Origin: an uncultured Parcubacteria group bacterium
Lineage (GTDB): Bacteria > Patescibacteriota > Patescibacteriia > UBA9934 > CAMTUG01
NCBI GenBank assembly: GCA_947084965.1
Contig: CAMTUG010000001.1
Location: 147,914-211,913, forward strand
DNA length: 64,000 bases
Reading direction: 5' to 3'
Numbering within the stretch: the stretch's first letter is position 1; each line of letters starts with the position of its first letter. The notes under the pieces are model-generated. The model did no database searches. It was not told where the DNA came from and saw nothing but the letters and a program-made list of their open reading frames with translations. Of the stretch, positions 47,578 to 56,850 are shown piece after piece. The translations under genes and the position numbers were made by a program.

Positions 47578-48798
47578 ATGGAAGAAGCGGCATTGTCGGT
47601 CGGACAATTTATTCAGATCATCAACGAAACGCTCCGCCAAACGTTTGCCGGGCCTTTTGTGATTGAGGGGGAGATTTCAGGCTACACGGTGAAGGACGGG
47701 AAGTGGATTATTTTTAGTTTGAAAGATGAGGCTGAAGCGAATACGAAGTTGAAATGTTTCGCCACGGTCTACAAAGTGAGTGGAAGTTTTGAAGATGGGA
47801 TGCGGGTGCGGGTGTCGGGGATGCCAAGCGTAAAGCAGTGGAGTGATTTTCAGCTTGATGTGCAGCAGATGGAACCGGTGGGGGAGGGGGCGCTCAAACG
47901 GGCCTATGATCTGCTCAAGAAAAAACTTGAAGCAGAAGGATTGTTTTCAATCGCGCGCAAGAGAGAGATTCCAAAGTTTCCAGAACGCATCGGATTAATC
48001 ACCTCGAGTGACGCCGCTGCGTACGGAGACTTTTTGCGTATCTTGAATAATCGTTGGGGCGGAGTAACCGTTTTGCACGCCAACGTGCGGGTGCAAGGGA
48101 AAGAAGCGGTCGGCGAAATTTTGCAGGCGTTTCAAGCCTTTGGGTCTTTGTCGAAGAACGAACGACCTGATGTGATCGTTTTGACGCGCGGTGGTGGATC
48201 GCTTGAGGACTTGCACTCCTTTAATGATGAGCAGGTCGCCCGGGCGGTGTACGGCTCCTCGATCCCGGTTGTCTGCGGCGTTGGTCATGAGCGCGATGAA
48301 TCGCTCTGTGATTTTGTTGCTGATGTGCGCGCTTCAACGCCGAGTAATGCGGCGGAGCGTGTGGTACCGGATCGCCGCGATGTTTCGTACGCTCTGAACA
48401 TGATGATCGAACGGATGGGGGACCGCCTGCACCGCACGATCGATGACCGCAAGAACGTGATCGATTCCGCCATGCGATCGATCACCCACGTGATGGAGCG
48501 ACAGAAGGCGAGTGTGGATCATATCGTCCAGCGACTGCTCTTGCGCACCGGAGGATGGACAGCCCAGATTCGTCAGTCGGTTGAAGCATCGGAGCGCCTG
48601 CTCAAGAACGTGGATCCGACACGTGTCCTCTCTCGTGGCTATTCCATTGTGAAGATCGGCGAGAAAGTCATCAAAGATGCGAGCGAGCTTGAGGCTGGGG
48701 CTATGATTGAGGTAACATTGGGGCGCGGAGGATTTGAGGCGGAAATAGGGAAAATCCGAAATCCGAACTTCGAAACAAATTCGAATCGGAAATCGTAA
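47578..48798 (+). CDS. xseA: exodeoxyribonuclease VII large subunit
   Basis: OB-fold N-terminus (FVIEGEISGY...), catalytic region (GLITSSDAAAYGDF, RGGGSLEDL) and coiled C-terminus. The last about 18 codons are encoded by a family-A repeat. Confidence 0.85.
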   Translation: MEEAALSVGQFIQIINETLRQTFAGPFVIEGEISGYTVKDGKWIIFSLKDEAEANTKLKCFATVYKVSGSFEDGMRVRVSGMPSVKQWSDFQLDVQQMEPVGEGALKRAYDLLKKKLEAEGLFSIARKREIPKFPERIGLITSSDAAAYGDFLRILNNRWGGVTVLHANVRVQGKEAVGEILQAFQAFGSLSKNERPDVIVLTRGGGSLEDLHSFNDEQVARAVYGSSIPVVCGVGHERDESLCDFVADVRASTPSNAAERVVPDRRDVSYALNMMIERMGDRLHRTIDDRKNVIDSAMRSITHVMERQKASVDHIVQRLLLRTGGWTAQIRQSVEASERLLKNVDPTRVLSRGYSIVKIGEKVIKDASELEAGAMIEVTLGRGGFEAEIGKIRNPNFETNSNRKS

Positions 48799-48875
48799 GT
48801 TTGAAAATGCTTTCCCCCCTTTCCTATTTTCCGATTGTTTCGGATTTCGATATTCGAGTTTCGTATTTATAATCA
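48745..48875. repeat. AT-rich long palindromic repeat, family A, copy 4 (overlaps the xseA 3' end)
   Basis: GAAAATCCGAAATCCGAACTTCGAAACAAATTCGAATCGGAAATCG ... TTTTCCGATTGTTTCGGATTTCGATATTCGAGTTTCGTATTT. Confidence 0.7.
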
Positions 48876-48878
48876 TCT

Positions 48879-49079
48879 ATGCCAAAAAAGGAAATCAATT
48901 TTGCCAAAGCGTTCGAGGAGTTGGAGGCGATCACCGAATGGTTTGAGCAGGACGGCGCCGATCTTGATGAAGGTTTGAAAAAGTTCGAACGCGGTCTCGA
49001 GCTGGCCAAACTGTGCAAAGAAAAGTTAGCAGAAGTGGAGAATCAGGTCGAGATGATCAAAAAGAAATTTGTTGAATAG
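48879..49079 (+). CDS. xseB: exodeoxyribonuclease VII small subunit
   Basis: FEELEAITEWFEQDGADLDEGLKKFERGLELAKLCKEKL is typical XseB. Confidence 0.85.
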   Translation: MPKKEINFAKAFEELEAITEWFEQDGADLDEGLKKFERGLELAKLCKEKLAEVENQVEMIKKKFVE

Positions 49080-49761
49080 TATGGCGATCTTTGTTTTGTC
49101 TGTTGGGGGGTCGACGGTCGTTCCGGGCGGCGTGCCGAACGTGAAGTTTTTGCGCGAACTCCGTACGCTGCTGTTGCGCGGAGTGAAAGTCGGGCATCAG
49201 TTTGTGATTGTCACCGGCGGCGGAGGAACGTGTCGAACGTACCAAGATGCCCTAAAGCAGCTTGGTGGTTCGCGTGATGACCTTGATTGGATCGGGATTC
49301 ACACGACGCGATTTAATGCTCAACTGTTACGATTGGCTTTGGGTAAAGCGGCAGCCAAAGAGATCACGATCGCGCCGACCGATCTGCCCCAAAAGCCCAA
49401 GGATAAAATCATGATCAGTGGTGGATGGAAGCCGGGGAACTCAACCGACACCAAGGCGGTTCAGCTCGCCAAGCGCGTTGGAGCCAAACTCGTCATCAAT
49501 ATCAGCAACGTCGACTATCTTTACACCAAAGATCCGCGTAAGTTCAAAGACGCAGAGGTGATCGAAGAGACGACCTGGAAAGCGTACCGCAAAATGATCG
49601 GTACCAAGTGGACGCCAGGGATGAATATTCCATTTGACCCGATCGCCTCCAAGCTCGCAGATCAATCCAAGATCGATGTCTTGCTTCTCGGCCCTGACAC
49701 TAAAAATCTCGAACGCGCCTTAACCGGCAACGCATTCAAAGGCACTGTGATCCACAAATAA
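49069..49761 (+). CDS. pyrH: uridylate (UMP) kinase, short archaeal-like form
   Basis: Amino-acid-kinase fold: VLSVGGS..., VIVTGGGGTCRTY, MISGGWKPGNSTD. Confidence 0.8.
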   Translation: MLNSMAIFVLSVGGSTVVPGGVPNVKFLRELRTLLLRGVKVGHQFVIVTGGGGTCRTYQDALKQLGGSRDDLDWIGIHTTRFNAQLLRLALGKAAAKEITIAPTDLPQKPKDKIMISGGWKPGNSTDTKAVQLAKRVGAKLVINISNVDYLYTKDPRKFKDAEVIEETTWKAYRKMIGTKWTPGMNIPFDPIASKLADQSKIDVLLLGPDTKNLERALTGNAFKGTVIHK

Positions 49762-49769
49762 GATAGGCG

Positions 49770-49797
49770 AGGCCTAGTGGCCCCGCCTATCTCTATC
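49770..49797 (+). repeat. GC-hairpin repeat, family B, copy 4
   Basis: TAGGCGAGGCCTAGTGGCCCCGCCTATC, immediately after the pyrH stop. Confidence 0.65.
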
Positions 49798-49837
49798 TCC
49801 TCTTTTTTCCTCTCAACCTCTCTCCTCTAACCATCTT

Positions 49838-50239
49838 TTACTTCAACGTGACGGTGGCACCAGCGGCTTCGAGCTTGGCCTTCAATTCGTCGGCTTCGGC
49901 TTTCTTGGCACCTGGTTTGACGACTTTCGGTGCGCCATCGACGATGTCTTTGGCTTCCTTCAATCCGAGGCCGGTGACTTCGCGCACGACTTTGATCACA
50001 TTGATCTTCTGTTCGCCAGCGGAGGTCAATTCGACATCAAACGAATCCTTCACTTCCGCTTCGGCGGCGCCACCAGCGGCTGGGGCGGCCATCATCATGG
50101 CAGGAGCGGCGGCGCTCACACCAAATTTGTCTTCGAGCACTTTGACCAATTCGGCGAGGTCAAGGACGCTCATCTTTTCGATTTCGGACACGAGTGCCTG
50201 GAACTTGGCTGGCACTTCAACCTTGTTTTCTTCTGACAT
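49838..50239 (-). CDS. rplL: 50S ribosomal protein L7/L12
   Basis: Ala-rich hinge and C-terminal ...[19 protein letters not shown]...AGATVTLK. Confidence 0.95.
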   Translation of the reverse strand: MSEENKVEVPAKFQALVSEIEKMSVLDLAELVKVLEDKFGVSAAAPAMMMAAPAAGGAAEAEVKDSFDVELTSAGEQKINVIKVVREVTGLGLKEAKDIVDGAPKVVKPGAKKAEADELKAKLEAAGATVTLK

Positions 50240-50248
50240 AGTTTTAAG

Positions 50249-50776
50249 TTAAGCGGGTTTCTTATCTTTGACCGCGTTCAGGACGTTCACGAGGCCGCGC
50301 AAGTTACCAGCAAGTACGTTGACGAAGCCGGAGATCGGCGCATTGAGTGTTCCAACCAACTGACCAAGCAATTCCTGTTTGCCTGGGAGTTTGGAAAGGG
50401 ACGTAACCATGGACGCTTCGATTCCCTTGTTCTCGAGGATACCGCCGACGAACGACATCGTCTCGCGGCCCTTTACGAACTTGGCCATCATTTTGGCTGG
50501 ACCCACTTCGTCTTCGTAACCGACGACGGTGAGCACCGAACCTTCCATGTGGCGGAGATCGATCCCTTCGAGGCCAGCCGATTTGGCGGCCAAGTCGAGA
50601 AGCGTCTTTTTGGCGATGAACACTTCCATACCGCCTTTCTTGGCTTCGGCACGGAGGGCGTTGGCATCATCCATGGTGTACCCGCTGATCTTGGTAAAGA
50701 CCGCGGACTTCATGCGCCCAAACTTGTCGGCGATCTCTTGAACGATCGCTTCCTTTTGATCCCTTGATTTGGGCAT
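50249..50776 (-). CDS. rplJ: 50S ribosomal protein L10
   Basis: MPKSRDQKEAIVQEIADKF... L10 N-domain. rplJ-rplL order. Confidence 0.9.
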   Translation of the reverse strand: MPKSRDQKEAIVQEIADKFGRMKSAVFTKISGYTMDDANALRAEAKKGGMEVFIAKKTLLDLAAKSAGLEGIDLRHMEGSVLTVVGYEDEVGPAKMMAKFVKGRETMSFVGGILENKGIEASMVTSLSKLPGKQELLGQLVGTLNAPISGFVNVLAGNLRGLVNVLNAVKDKKPA

Positions 50777-50995
50777 AGGTTTGTTGTGGTTTCTTGGCGT
50801 TAGAGCCGAGAAACAAAAATACGACCTTTATTAAAGCCGTAGGGCCGAGATTTAGAAAACCTCGAACGATACGCCTCGGCAGGACTTACCTGGGCTTTTG
50901 GCCCAAAACCTGCTGTCTACAGCTTCTGACCGGAGTATACGGGGGTTTCTTTAAAAGGTCAATATATAAACCCAAACCCCGCCCTTGCGGACGGG
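50777..50995 (-). promoter_or_regulatory. possible L10/L12 autoregulatory leader (5' UTR of rplJ)
   Basis: About 220-nt untranslated stretch between the tRNA and the rplJ start with several stem-loops. Assigned by position only. Confidence 0.25.
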
Positions 50996-51027
50996 GCTAG
51001 ATGGTCCCGGAAGCGAGTTTTGACTCG

Positions 51028-51103
51028 TGGTGGACCGGACGGGAATCGAACCCGTAATTCCAGGTGTCAAGCCAGGCGGAGTTACCCTTACTCCCACCGG
51101 CCC
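51028..51103 (-). tRNA. tRNA with CCA encoded; anticodon loop CUUGACA (apparent anticodon UGA, Ser) on a class-I scaffold; identity uncertain
   Basis: Minus-strand read GGGCCGG-UG-GGAG-UAAGGGUAA-CUCC-G-CCUGG-CUUGACA-CCUGG-AAUU-ACGGG-UUCGAUU-CCCGU-CCGGUCC-A-CCA. Acceptor, D and T arms are canonical (GTTCGATTCC T-loop). The anticodon stem has a central U.U mismatch and position 37 is C. Confidence 0.6.
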
Positions 51104-51132
51104 ACGGCTTCCGGGACGAAAACAGAAAGGCC

Positions 51133-51172
51133 CCCGAGATCATCGTGTGATGATTCTCGAGGGCCACTTCCG
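51133..51172 (-). terminator. intrinsic terminator after the 714-aa membrane-protein gene
   Basis: Minus-strand GAGAAUCAUCACACGAUGAUCUCGGGGGCC followed by UUUCUGUUUUCG. Confidence 0.5.
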
Positions 51173-51272
51173 TGACACCTAGAGCTAAGGTTCATCGATA
51201 AACCCCCGCCTGGTTAGGATTATTTCATCACATTTCGACGATTTTGTCAACCGTGCTTTTGTGGATATTACC

Positions 51273-53417
51273 CTAGAATCCGAAGCGCGAAATCGTGTTG
51301 TTGGAGAGAACGGTGATCGTTTTGCCGATCTCATCGACGATCATACTCTTTGCCCCCTTGAACGCATCGTTTTGATATTGAGCGATGAGTGTTCCTTTGT
51401 CTTTGTTCAACAAAACCACGCGTCCCTCAACAGGATCAAGAATGTAGAGCGTCGTTGATGTTTCGTTCGTCCATAGTTCTGTTGCTCGCAAGAGCGGCGG
51501 ATCGACCTGTGTTGCTTTCCAATCTGTTTCTTTGCCTGAGAGGAATCGCACGATCGTGCCGTCCGCTTTCAACACCCAGATGTAGCCGTCGATGGCGATT
51601 GCTGTGCCATCCGTCAGAGTCGAGACGCCGCTCACGACCCATGCTGAACCGCCGTCGAATCCGCTGGCGGTTGACTGGTGTCTGTAAATCTGGCCTGTGG
51701 CAGGAGAGAGGATGTACATCTTGCCGGCGTAGTAGGCGAGATCAAGCCCTTCGCGGCTGACCGAGAGCGGGGTGACCTGACCACTTTCCGGGATGTAGCG
51801 TGAGAGTCCGTCGTCGAGCCAGTAGACCGCATTGTCGCTTGTGGTCGTTGCCTTTGGTGCACCGACTTCGCCTTTGGTCACCGAAACTTCCGCGATGGAT
51901 TTGTCTGTCGTATTTACAGCGAAGATGCTGCCGGTGTCGCTCACGGCGTACGTCGTACCATTAAAGTTCACCAGAGCGTTGAGCGCTGTTTCACTCGTGA
52001 CGATCGTTTCGGGCGAGACGACGGTCAGGTGGCGAAGCTCGTTGCGAGACGCTGCGATCTTTTCTTTGAGTGCGATTGTGGTTGAGGCTCGATCTTCATC
52101 ATCACCTGTAGGTAGTCCCTCGACCAATCCCATCGCCTCTGCGAGCAGTGATGCGGCCTGTTCTTCGTTGCCGTAAATCAAACTGGCCTCAGCGTTTTCA
52201 ATCTTTTTTTCAATCGCTTCCACAGATTGATTGAACGCTTCGCGTTCGGCCGCGTGCGTTTGCTGTTTGTTCATGAGGACAAGTCCACTGACGAGCACAA
52301 AGGCCACTCCGACAATACCGAGGAGGATATACTTACTCGTTTTTGGCAGGGAATTGAATTTGCTGATCACGGCCCGGGCCGCAAGATCAAATCGTTTGCC
52401 CAAACGGCTGACGGTAGAGAAGGATTTTCTTGGCTCGGTGACAATCCGTTTCGTAATCAAGAAGAGAGCGACGGCCAGGCCGACGACAATCTTTCCCGCG
52501 ATCGTAATGACGACAACGATCATCCGCCAGAGGAATCGCACCAGCCGCCTGAGCATCTTGCGTCGCATCTCTGCTCCGCGAGAAGGGAAGAGAAATCGCC
52601 AGACTTTCATCAGAATGCCGCGCACTTCTGGCTTTTGTTCAGAAAGAAATTTGTCTGTCTTTGAAGTGGTTCTGTCTAACTGTTCGAGTGATGCTTCCGC
52701 CGTCGCACTGCTGACTTGGAGCGGTTCATCAATACGTTCGGCTTTGAGGACGACGGTGGCGAAGGTGGTACTTTGTGGGAGGTATTGGCGAATTTTTGAA
52801 ACGGCGCTGTTCGGAGGCAAGGTTGTGAGCACGTCGTTTAACGTTCCTGGCGCAATGTCATGTCGTGAAAGGCGGGCTCCTAAATACAAAACATCACCAG
52901 AGCGTAATTCGCCATCGAGGACGGTCAAGAACGGCTTTTTCCAACTTGGCATCTCCTCTTCAACGCGCATTCCGCGGCCTAAGTCATACACCTCGTAGCG
53001 TTCCTTTTCACTTTTGTGCAAAAACTGAGCGGCGAGCGAACCGAACCCACTGACGATGACTAGCTGTTCGTCCGCAATACCGATGACTGACGAGGTGTCG
53101 TTGATGGAAAGAGAGAACGTTCCTTCTTCAAAGGCCCGTCCAATATCTTCATTGAGCGCTTGCAGAAGCTGTTCAAAGCGGTGGGTCAAATTCGTCGTTG
53201 CTTCGACCGTATCAGCCAGACGCTCCAGGTGGGTGTGGATGATCGACTCGACCGCCTCGAATGATTCTTTGCTCCCATGGGCCGAAAGGACGCCGAATAC
53301 AAACCCATGGATAGGCTCGACCGTCATCAGGAACGACTGCGCATGGAGGCTCGCTTCGCCCGATTCTTCCGCATATTGGGCCGCTTTCAGGATGTGGATG
53401 GATTTTTCGTCTTTCAT
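51273..53417 (-). CDS. large hypothetical membrane protein: cytoplasmic N-domain, 2-3 TM, extracytoplasmic repeat-rich C-domain
   Basis: 714-aa ORF. TM helices around residues 300-390. The C-terminal region has repeated T/S/G/V beta-strand-like motifs. Confidence 0.55.
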   Translation of the reverse strand: MKDEKSIHILKAAQYAEESGEASLHAQSFLMTVEPIHGFVFGVLSAHGSKESFEAVESIIHTHLERLADTVEATTNLTHRFEQLLQALNEDIGRAFEEGTFSLSINDTSSVIGIADEQLVIVSGFGSLAAQFLHKSEKERYEVYDLGRGMRVEEEMPSWKKPFLTVLDGELRSGDVLYLGARLSRHDIAPGTLNDVLTTLPPNSAVSKIRQYLPQSTTFATVVLKAERIDEPLQVSSATAEASLEQLDRTTSKTDKFLSEQKPEVRGILMKVWRFLFPSRGAEMRRKMLRRLVRFLWRMIVVVITIAGKIVVGLAVALFLITKRIVTEPRKSFSTVSRLGKRFDLAARAVISKFNSLPKTSKYILLGIVGVAFVLVSGLVLMNKQQTHAAEREAFNQSVEAIEKKIENAEASLIYGNEEQAASLLAEAMGLVEGLPTGDDEDRASTTIALKEKIAASRNELRHLTVVSPETIVTSETALNALVNFNGTTYAVSDTGSIFAVNTTDKSIAEVSVTKGEVGAPKATTTSDNAVYWLDDGLSRYIPESGQVTPLSVSREGLDLAYYAGKMYILSPATGQIYRHQSTASGFDGGSAWVVSGVSTLTDGTAIAIDGYIWVLKADGTIVRFLSGKETDWKATQVDPPLLRATELWTNETSTTLYILDPVEGRVVLLNKDKGTLIAQYQNDAFKGAKSMIVDEIGKTITVLSNNTISRFGF

Positions 53418-53505
53418 ACAACAAGTCTAGCATTGACCCCCTGATTCCTATTCCTGTACATTATACGGCATGGGGGAGTAAGGGCAATACCTGATTGAAT
53501 ACTAT

Positions 53506-54132
53506 ATGGCGTCAGACCCCACAAAAAAAGCAAAAGGCGGGTTCCGGGTTGAACACCTCTTTGGTTCGCAGACGCGCGCACGTTTGCTTGCGATCTTTGT
53601 TCAATCTCCGGACCAGCCATTTTTTGTTCGCGAGTTGACTCGTCGTATCGATGCTCAGCTCAATTCCGTGCGTCGCGAGCTGATAAACTTGGTTGCATTA
53701 GGAATTATCCGTGAAGTCGTTGAGGAAGCGGAGAATAAAAAAGACAAGAAAAAGTTTTACGTTGCGGACCAAGATTTTCTGCTGTTTGGAGATTTACGTT
53801 CGCTGATGAAGAAGATTCAGCTGTTGATGAAGAAAAATCTTGTTCAAGAGATCGACACCAAGGCCAAAGTCGATCTGCTCATCCTCACCGGTCGTTTTGT
53901 CGATAACAACGAAGCGCCGGTCGATCTCCTGGTCGTAGGCGACATGAAGGAAGAAGAGATGCAAAAGATGTTGCAAACATTTGAAAAGGAATTCGGATTA
54001 GAGGTAAACTTTACCATCATGACCCGCGAAGAGTACGGATACCGTAAGCAGGTGTCCGATCGGTTCCTCTACGGAATCTTAAATGCGGAGCACATGACGA
54101 TGATCGACCGTATCTCGGTCAAAGCCAAATAA
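53506..54132 (+). CDS. hypothetical winged-helix DNA-binding protein
   Basis: N-terminal wHTH-like segment (ARLLAIFVQSPDQPFFVRELTRRIDAQLNSVRRELINLVALGII). Confidence 0.4.
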   Translation: MASDPTKKAKGGFRVEHLFGSQTRARLLAIFVQSPDQPFFVRELTRRIDAQLNSVRRELINLVALGIIREVVEEAENKKDKKKFYVADQDFLLFGDLRSLMKKIQLLMKKNLVQEIDTKAKVDLLILTGRFVDNNEAPVDLLVVGDMKEEEMQKMLQTFEKEFGLEVNFTIMTREEYGYRKQVSDRFLYGILNAEHMTMIDRISVKAK

Positions 54133-54134
54133 CT

Positions 54135-54530
54135 ATGCGCCTGCTGATCCGTGCTCAAGATATTGCCTGGACCACGATCGGCCTCTCGGAACATGGGCGC
54201 GTCAAGGTGTCGGGACGTGTGGATTCAAGGCCGGAGACGATCTTAAACGCCGTACTCGACTTTCTCCGCCGAGAAAAAACAGATCTGCAAGCGATCGATT
54301 CGATCGGGATCGTGCGTGGGGTCGGGTCGTTCACGTCGCTCCGAAATTCGCTCACCTTCGTAAATACGGTACAATACGTTCGTGACCTGCCGATCGCTGG
54401 TGTTGTCGCCGGTTTGACCGAAGCGGATCGAACGGTCCTCGGCCGTCTCGCTCGCGCTCGCGCGACAAAGAAAACGCTCCAGCCATCGTATGGGCGGAAA
54501 GCGATGATCACTAAATCTAAGAGAAAGTAG
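54135..54530 (+). CDS. TsaB/YeaZ-like (inactive Kae1 paralogue) fragment protein
   Basis: GIVRGVGSFTSLRNSLTFVNTV resembles the TsaB GxGSFTGxRIG region. Short (131 aa). Confidence 0.4.
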   Translation: MRLLIRAQDIAWTTIGLSEHGRVKVSGRVDSRPETILNAVLDFLRREKTDLQAIDSIGIVRGVGSFTSLRNSLTFVNTVQYVRDLPIAGVVAGLTEADRTVLGRLARARATKKTLQPSYGRKAMITKSKRK

Positions 54531-54605
54531 TAAGCGGTAAGTAGTAAGCAGAGAAACAAGTGTCTCCACTTACCACGTACCAATTACTCATAACCAAAAA
54601 GACCT

Positions 54606-55286
54606 ATGCCCGACGCCCTCTTTATCGTCCAGTCCGCGTTCGCCGATATGTGGAGTTCCCTCATTACGTTCCTGCCGCGCTTCGTCGGAGCGCTCGTCGT
54701 CTTCCTGATCGGCGTGATTATCGCCGGGCTTTTGAAGCGCCTGGTGATGCGCCTGTCGGACATGTTGAAGCTCGACATGATCGCCGAAAAGCTCGAGGTC
54801 AAGCAGTCGTTCCAGAAAGCGGGGATGAAGTTGCATGTCGCCGCCCTTCTCGGGTGGATCGTCAAATGGTTCTTCGTCATCGTCTTCTTGATCGCCGCCA
54901 CCGACATCCTCGGTTGGGGAGAAGTCACCAGCTTCTTGAAGGACGTGGTGATGTACTTGCCAAACGTGATCATCGCCGTGATCATCCTGTTGGTCGGGGT
55001 GCTCGTTGCCAATTTTACCCGCAACGTGGTCAAGTCTGCGGTTGAAGCGGCCCACCTCACGAGCGGTGATTTCCTGTCTGGACTCAGCCGCTGGTCGATC
55101 CTTGTCTTCTCCTTCATGGCCGCCTTGGTCCAGTTGGGAATCGCCGAAGGATTAATCCAAACGCTGTTCACAGGGTTCATCGCCATGCTGGCGATCGCTG
55201 GTGGATTAGCCTTCGGTTTGGGGGGCAAGGAACAGGCCGCGAAGTTCCTCGGTAAATTGAAGCGCGATATCTCGTCTGAAGAATAA
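54606..55286 (+). CDS. hypothetical membrane protein with repeated TM-helix units
   Basis: Four or five TM segments. Preceded by the CCACTTACCACGTACCAATT motif. Confidence 0.5.
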   Translation: MPDALFIVQSAFADMWSSLITFLPRFVGALVVFLIGVIIAGLLKRLVMRLSDMLKLDMIAEKLEVKQSFQKAGMKLHVAALLGWIVKWFFVIVFLIAATDILGWGEVTSFLKDVVMYLPNVIIAVIILLVGVLVANFTRNVVKSAVEAAHLTSGDFLSGLSRWSILVFSFMAALVQLGIAEGLIQTLFTGFIAMLAIAGGLAFGLGGKEQAAKFLGKLKRDISSEE

Positions 55287-55291
55287 TTGAT

Positions 55292-56770
55292 GTGCGGACA
55301 CAGTACGGAGAACACCGATTTCTCGAGGTGGTCCCAGGCGCTCTCGTCTGGGCCACCTTTGTGTTAGCGATCGTTCTTTCCTTTGTAGCCCCGATCCCGG
55401 TGATCATTTTTATTATCGTCTTTGATCTGTACTGGCTTTTTCGAGTGATCTATTTCGTGACCTACCTGATCGCTTCGTACCGTCGATATAAAAAGGAGAT
55501 TCTGGTCGATTGGTTTGCGGAGCTTCAGAAAATCCCTAACTGGCAGAGGATTCATCATGTCGTGTTTTTGCCAACGTACAAAGAAGGATATGAGATTTTA
55601 AAGGCGGCCGTTGTATCTCTGGTGAAATCGACGTATCCGAGCGATCGGATGATCGTCGTTTTGGCCGGGGAAGAACGCGATCGCGACGCGTTTGAAAAGA
55701 TGGCTAAACGTTTGGGGGAGGAATACGGTAAAGCCTTCGCCAAGTTTTTGATCACGGTACACCCAAAAAATTTGCCAGACGAAATTCCTGGGAAAGGATC
55801 GAACTTGGCGTATGCGGCCTCTCAGGTGAAGCCATTGATTGAAGAGATGCAGATCCCTGTGGAGGATGTGGTCGTAAGCGCTTTTGATGTCGATACGATC
55901 GCTCATCCACACTATTTCGCGCGGCTGACCCAAATCTATCTGACCACGCCAGATCCGACCCGATCGTCGTATCAACCACTGACCACGTTCAGCAACAATA
56001 TTTGGAATGCGACCGCTCCGGTGCGTGTCGCTTCGTTTGGAACGACCTTTTGGCTCTTAACCGAACTGGCGCGTCCGGAACGGAGCTGGACCTTTTCTTC
56101 ACACAGCATGTCTTGGAAGATGCTGCTCGACGTTGGATTTTGGGAGAAGAATATGGTGAGTGAAGATTCTCGTATCTTCTTGCAAGGATTGCTGCATTAT
56201 CACGGCGATTATCGGGTTACCCCGATCTATCTTCCTGTGTCCATGGACGCGGTCACCGGGTCGACCTACGTCGAGTCGCTCAAGGCGTTGTACAAACAAC
56301 AGCGTCGCTGGGCTTGGGGGGTTGAACACTTTCCGTACATGGTGCCGCGATTGTTGGCGGACAGATTGATGCCGATGCGTACAAAAATAAAGTACATCTG
56401 GAATCACATGGAAGGGATGTATACCTGGGGCACAGCGCCAATTCTGATCTTCATTCTCGGCTATCTACCGTTGTGGGTTTCGCGCGAAGCATCTTCTGTG
56501 CTTGTCGCTTCCACGCCGTTCACCCTTGAGTGGATCATGCGTTTGGCGATGGTCGGTGTGTTTGTTTCCGGGATCCTCGGCATGCTGATGCTCCCTGATC
56601 GCCCGAAGCACGTCAAACCCTACACCTGGGTGGTGATGCTTCTCCAGTGGGCATTGATGCCGTTTACCTTTATTTTATTCGGTGCTTTTCCTGCGATCGA
56701 CGCGCAGACGCGTTTGATGCTCGGTCGCTATCTTGGGTTCAACGTGACCAAGAAGAACGCGCGCAAGTAA
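55292..56770 (+). CDS. processive family-2 glycosyltransferase, integral membrane
   Basis: D,D,D and QQRRW (QxxRW) motifs. N- and C-terminal TM bundles. Confidence 0.8.
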   Translation: MRTQYGEHRFLEVVPGALVWATFVLAIVLSFVAPIPVIIFIIVFDLYWLFRVIYFVTYLIASYRRYKKEILVDWFAELQKIPNWQRIHHVVFLPTYKEGYEILKAAVVSLVKSTYPSDRMIVVLAGEERDRDAFEKMAKRLGEEYGKAFAKFLITVHPKNLPDEIPGKGSNLAYAASQVKPLIEEMQIPVEDVVVSAFDVDTIAHPHYFARLTQIYLTTPDPTRSSYQPLTTFSNNIWNATAPVRVASFGTTFWLLTELARPERSWTFSSHSMSWKMLLDVGFWEKNMVSEDSRIFLQGLLHYHGDYRVTPIYLPVSMDAVTGSTYVESLKALYKQQRRWAWGVEHFPYMVPRLLADRLMPMRTKIKYIWNHMEGMYTWGTAPILIFILGYLPLWVSREASSVLVASTPFTLEWIMRLAMVGVFVSGILGMLMLPDRPKHVKPYTWVVMLLQWALMPFTFILFGAFPAIDAQTRLMLGRYLGFNVTKKNARK

Positions 56771-56787
56771 ACTTGACCTCCTCACCG

Positions 56788-56850
56788 CTACGCAGAATCC
56801 CGTCACGACATAGATTCTTGGTCATTAATGTCGTGACGGGATTCCGCTCC
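56788..56850. repeat. palindromic repeat, family C, copy 2 (inverted relative to copy 1)
   Basis: GCAGAATCCCGTCACGACAT-agattcttggtcatta-ATGTCGTGACGGGATTCCGC. The loop is the reverse complement of the 5035 copy's loop. Confidence 0.6.

Noticed and set aside
51196-51240. TTGACA-17-TGAAAT promoter-like hexamers on the minus strand upstream of the tRNA
   Set aside because: Plausible by eye but unsupported. The position inside a terminator-containing spacer makes it too uncertain to list as a feature.
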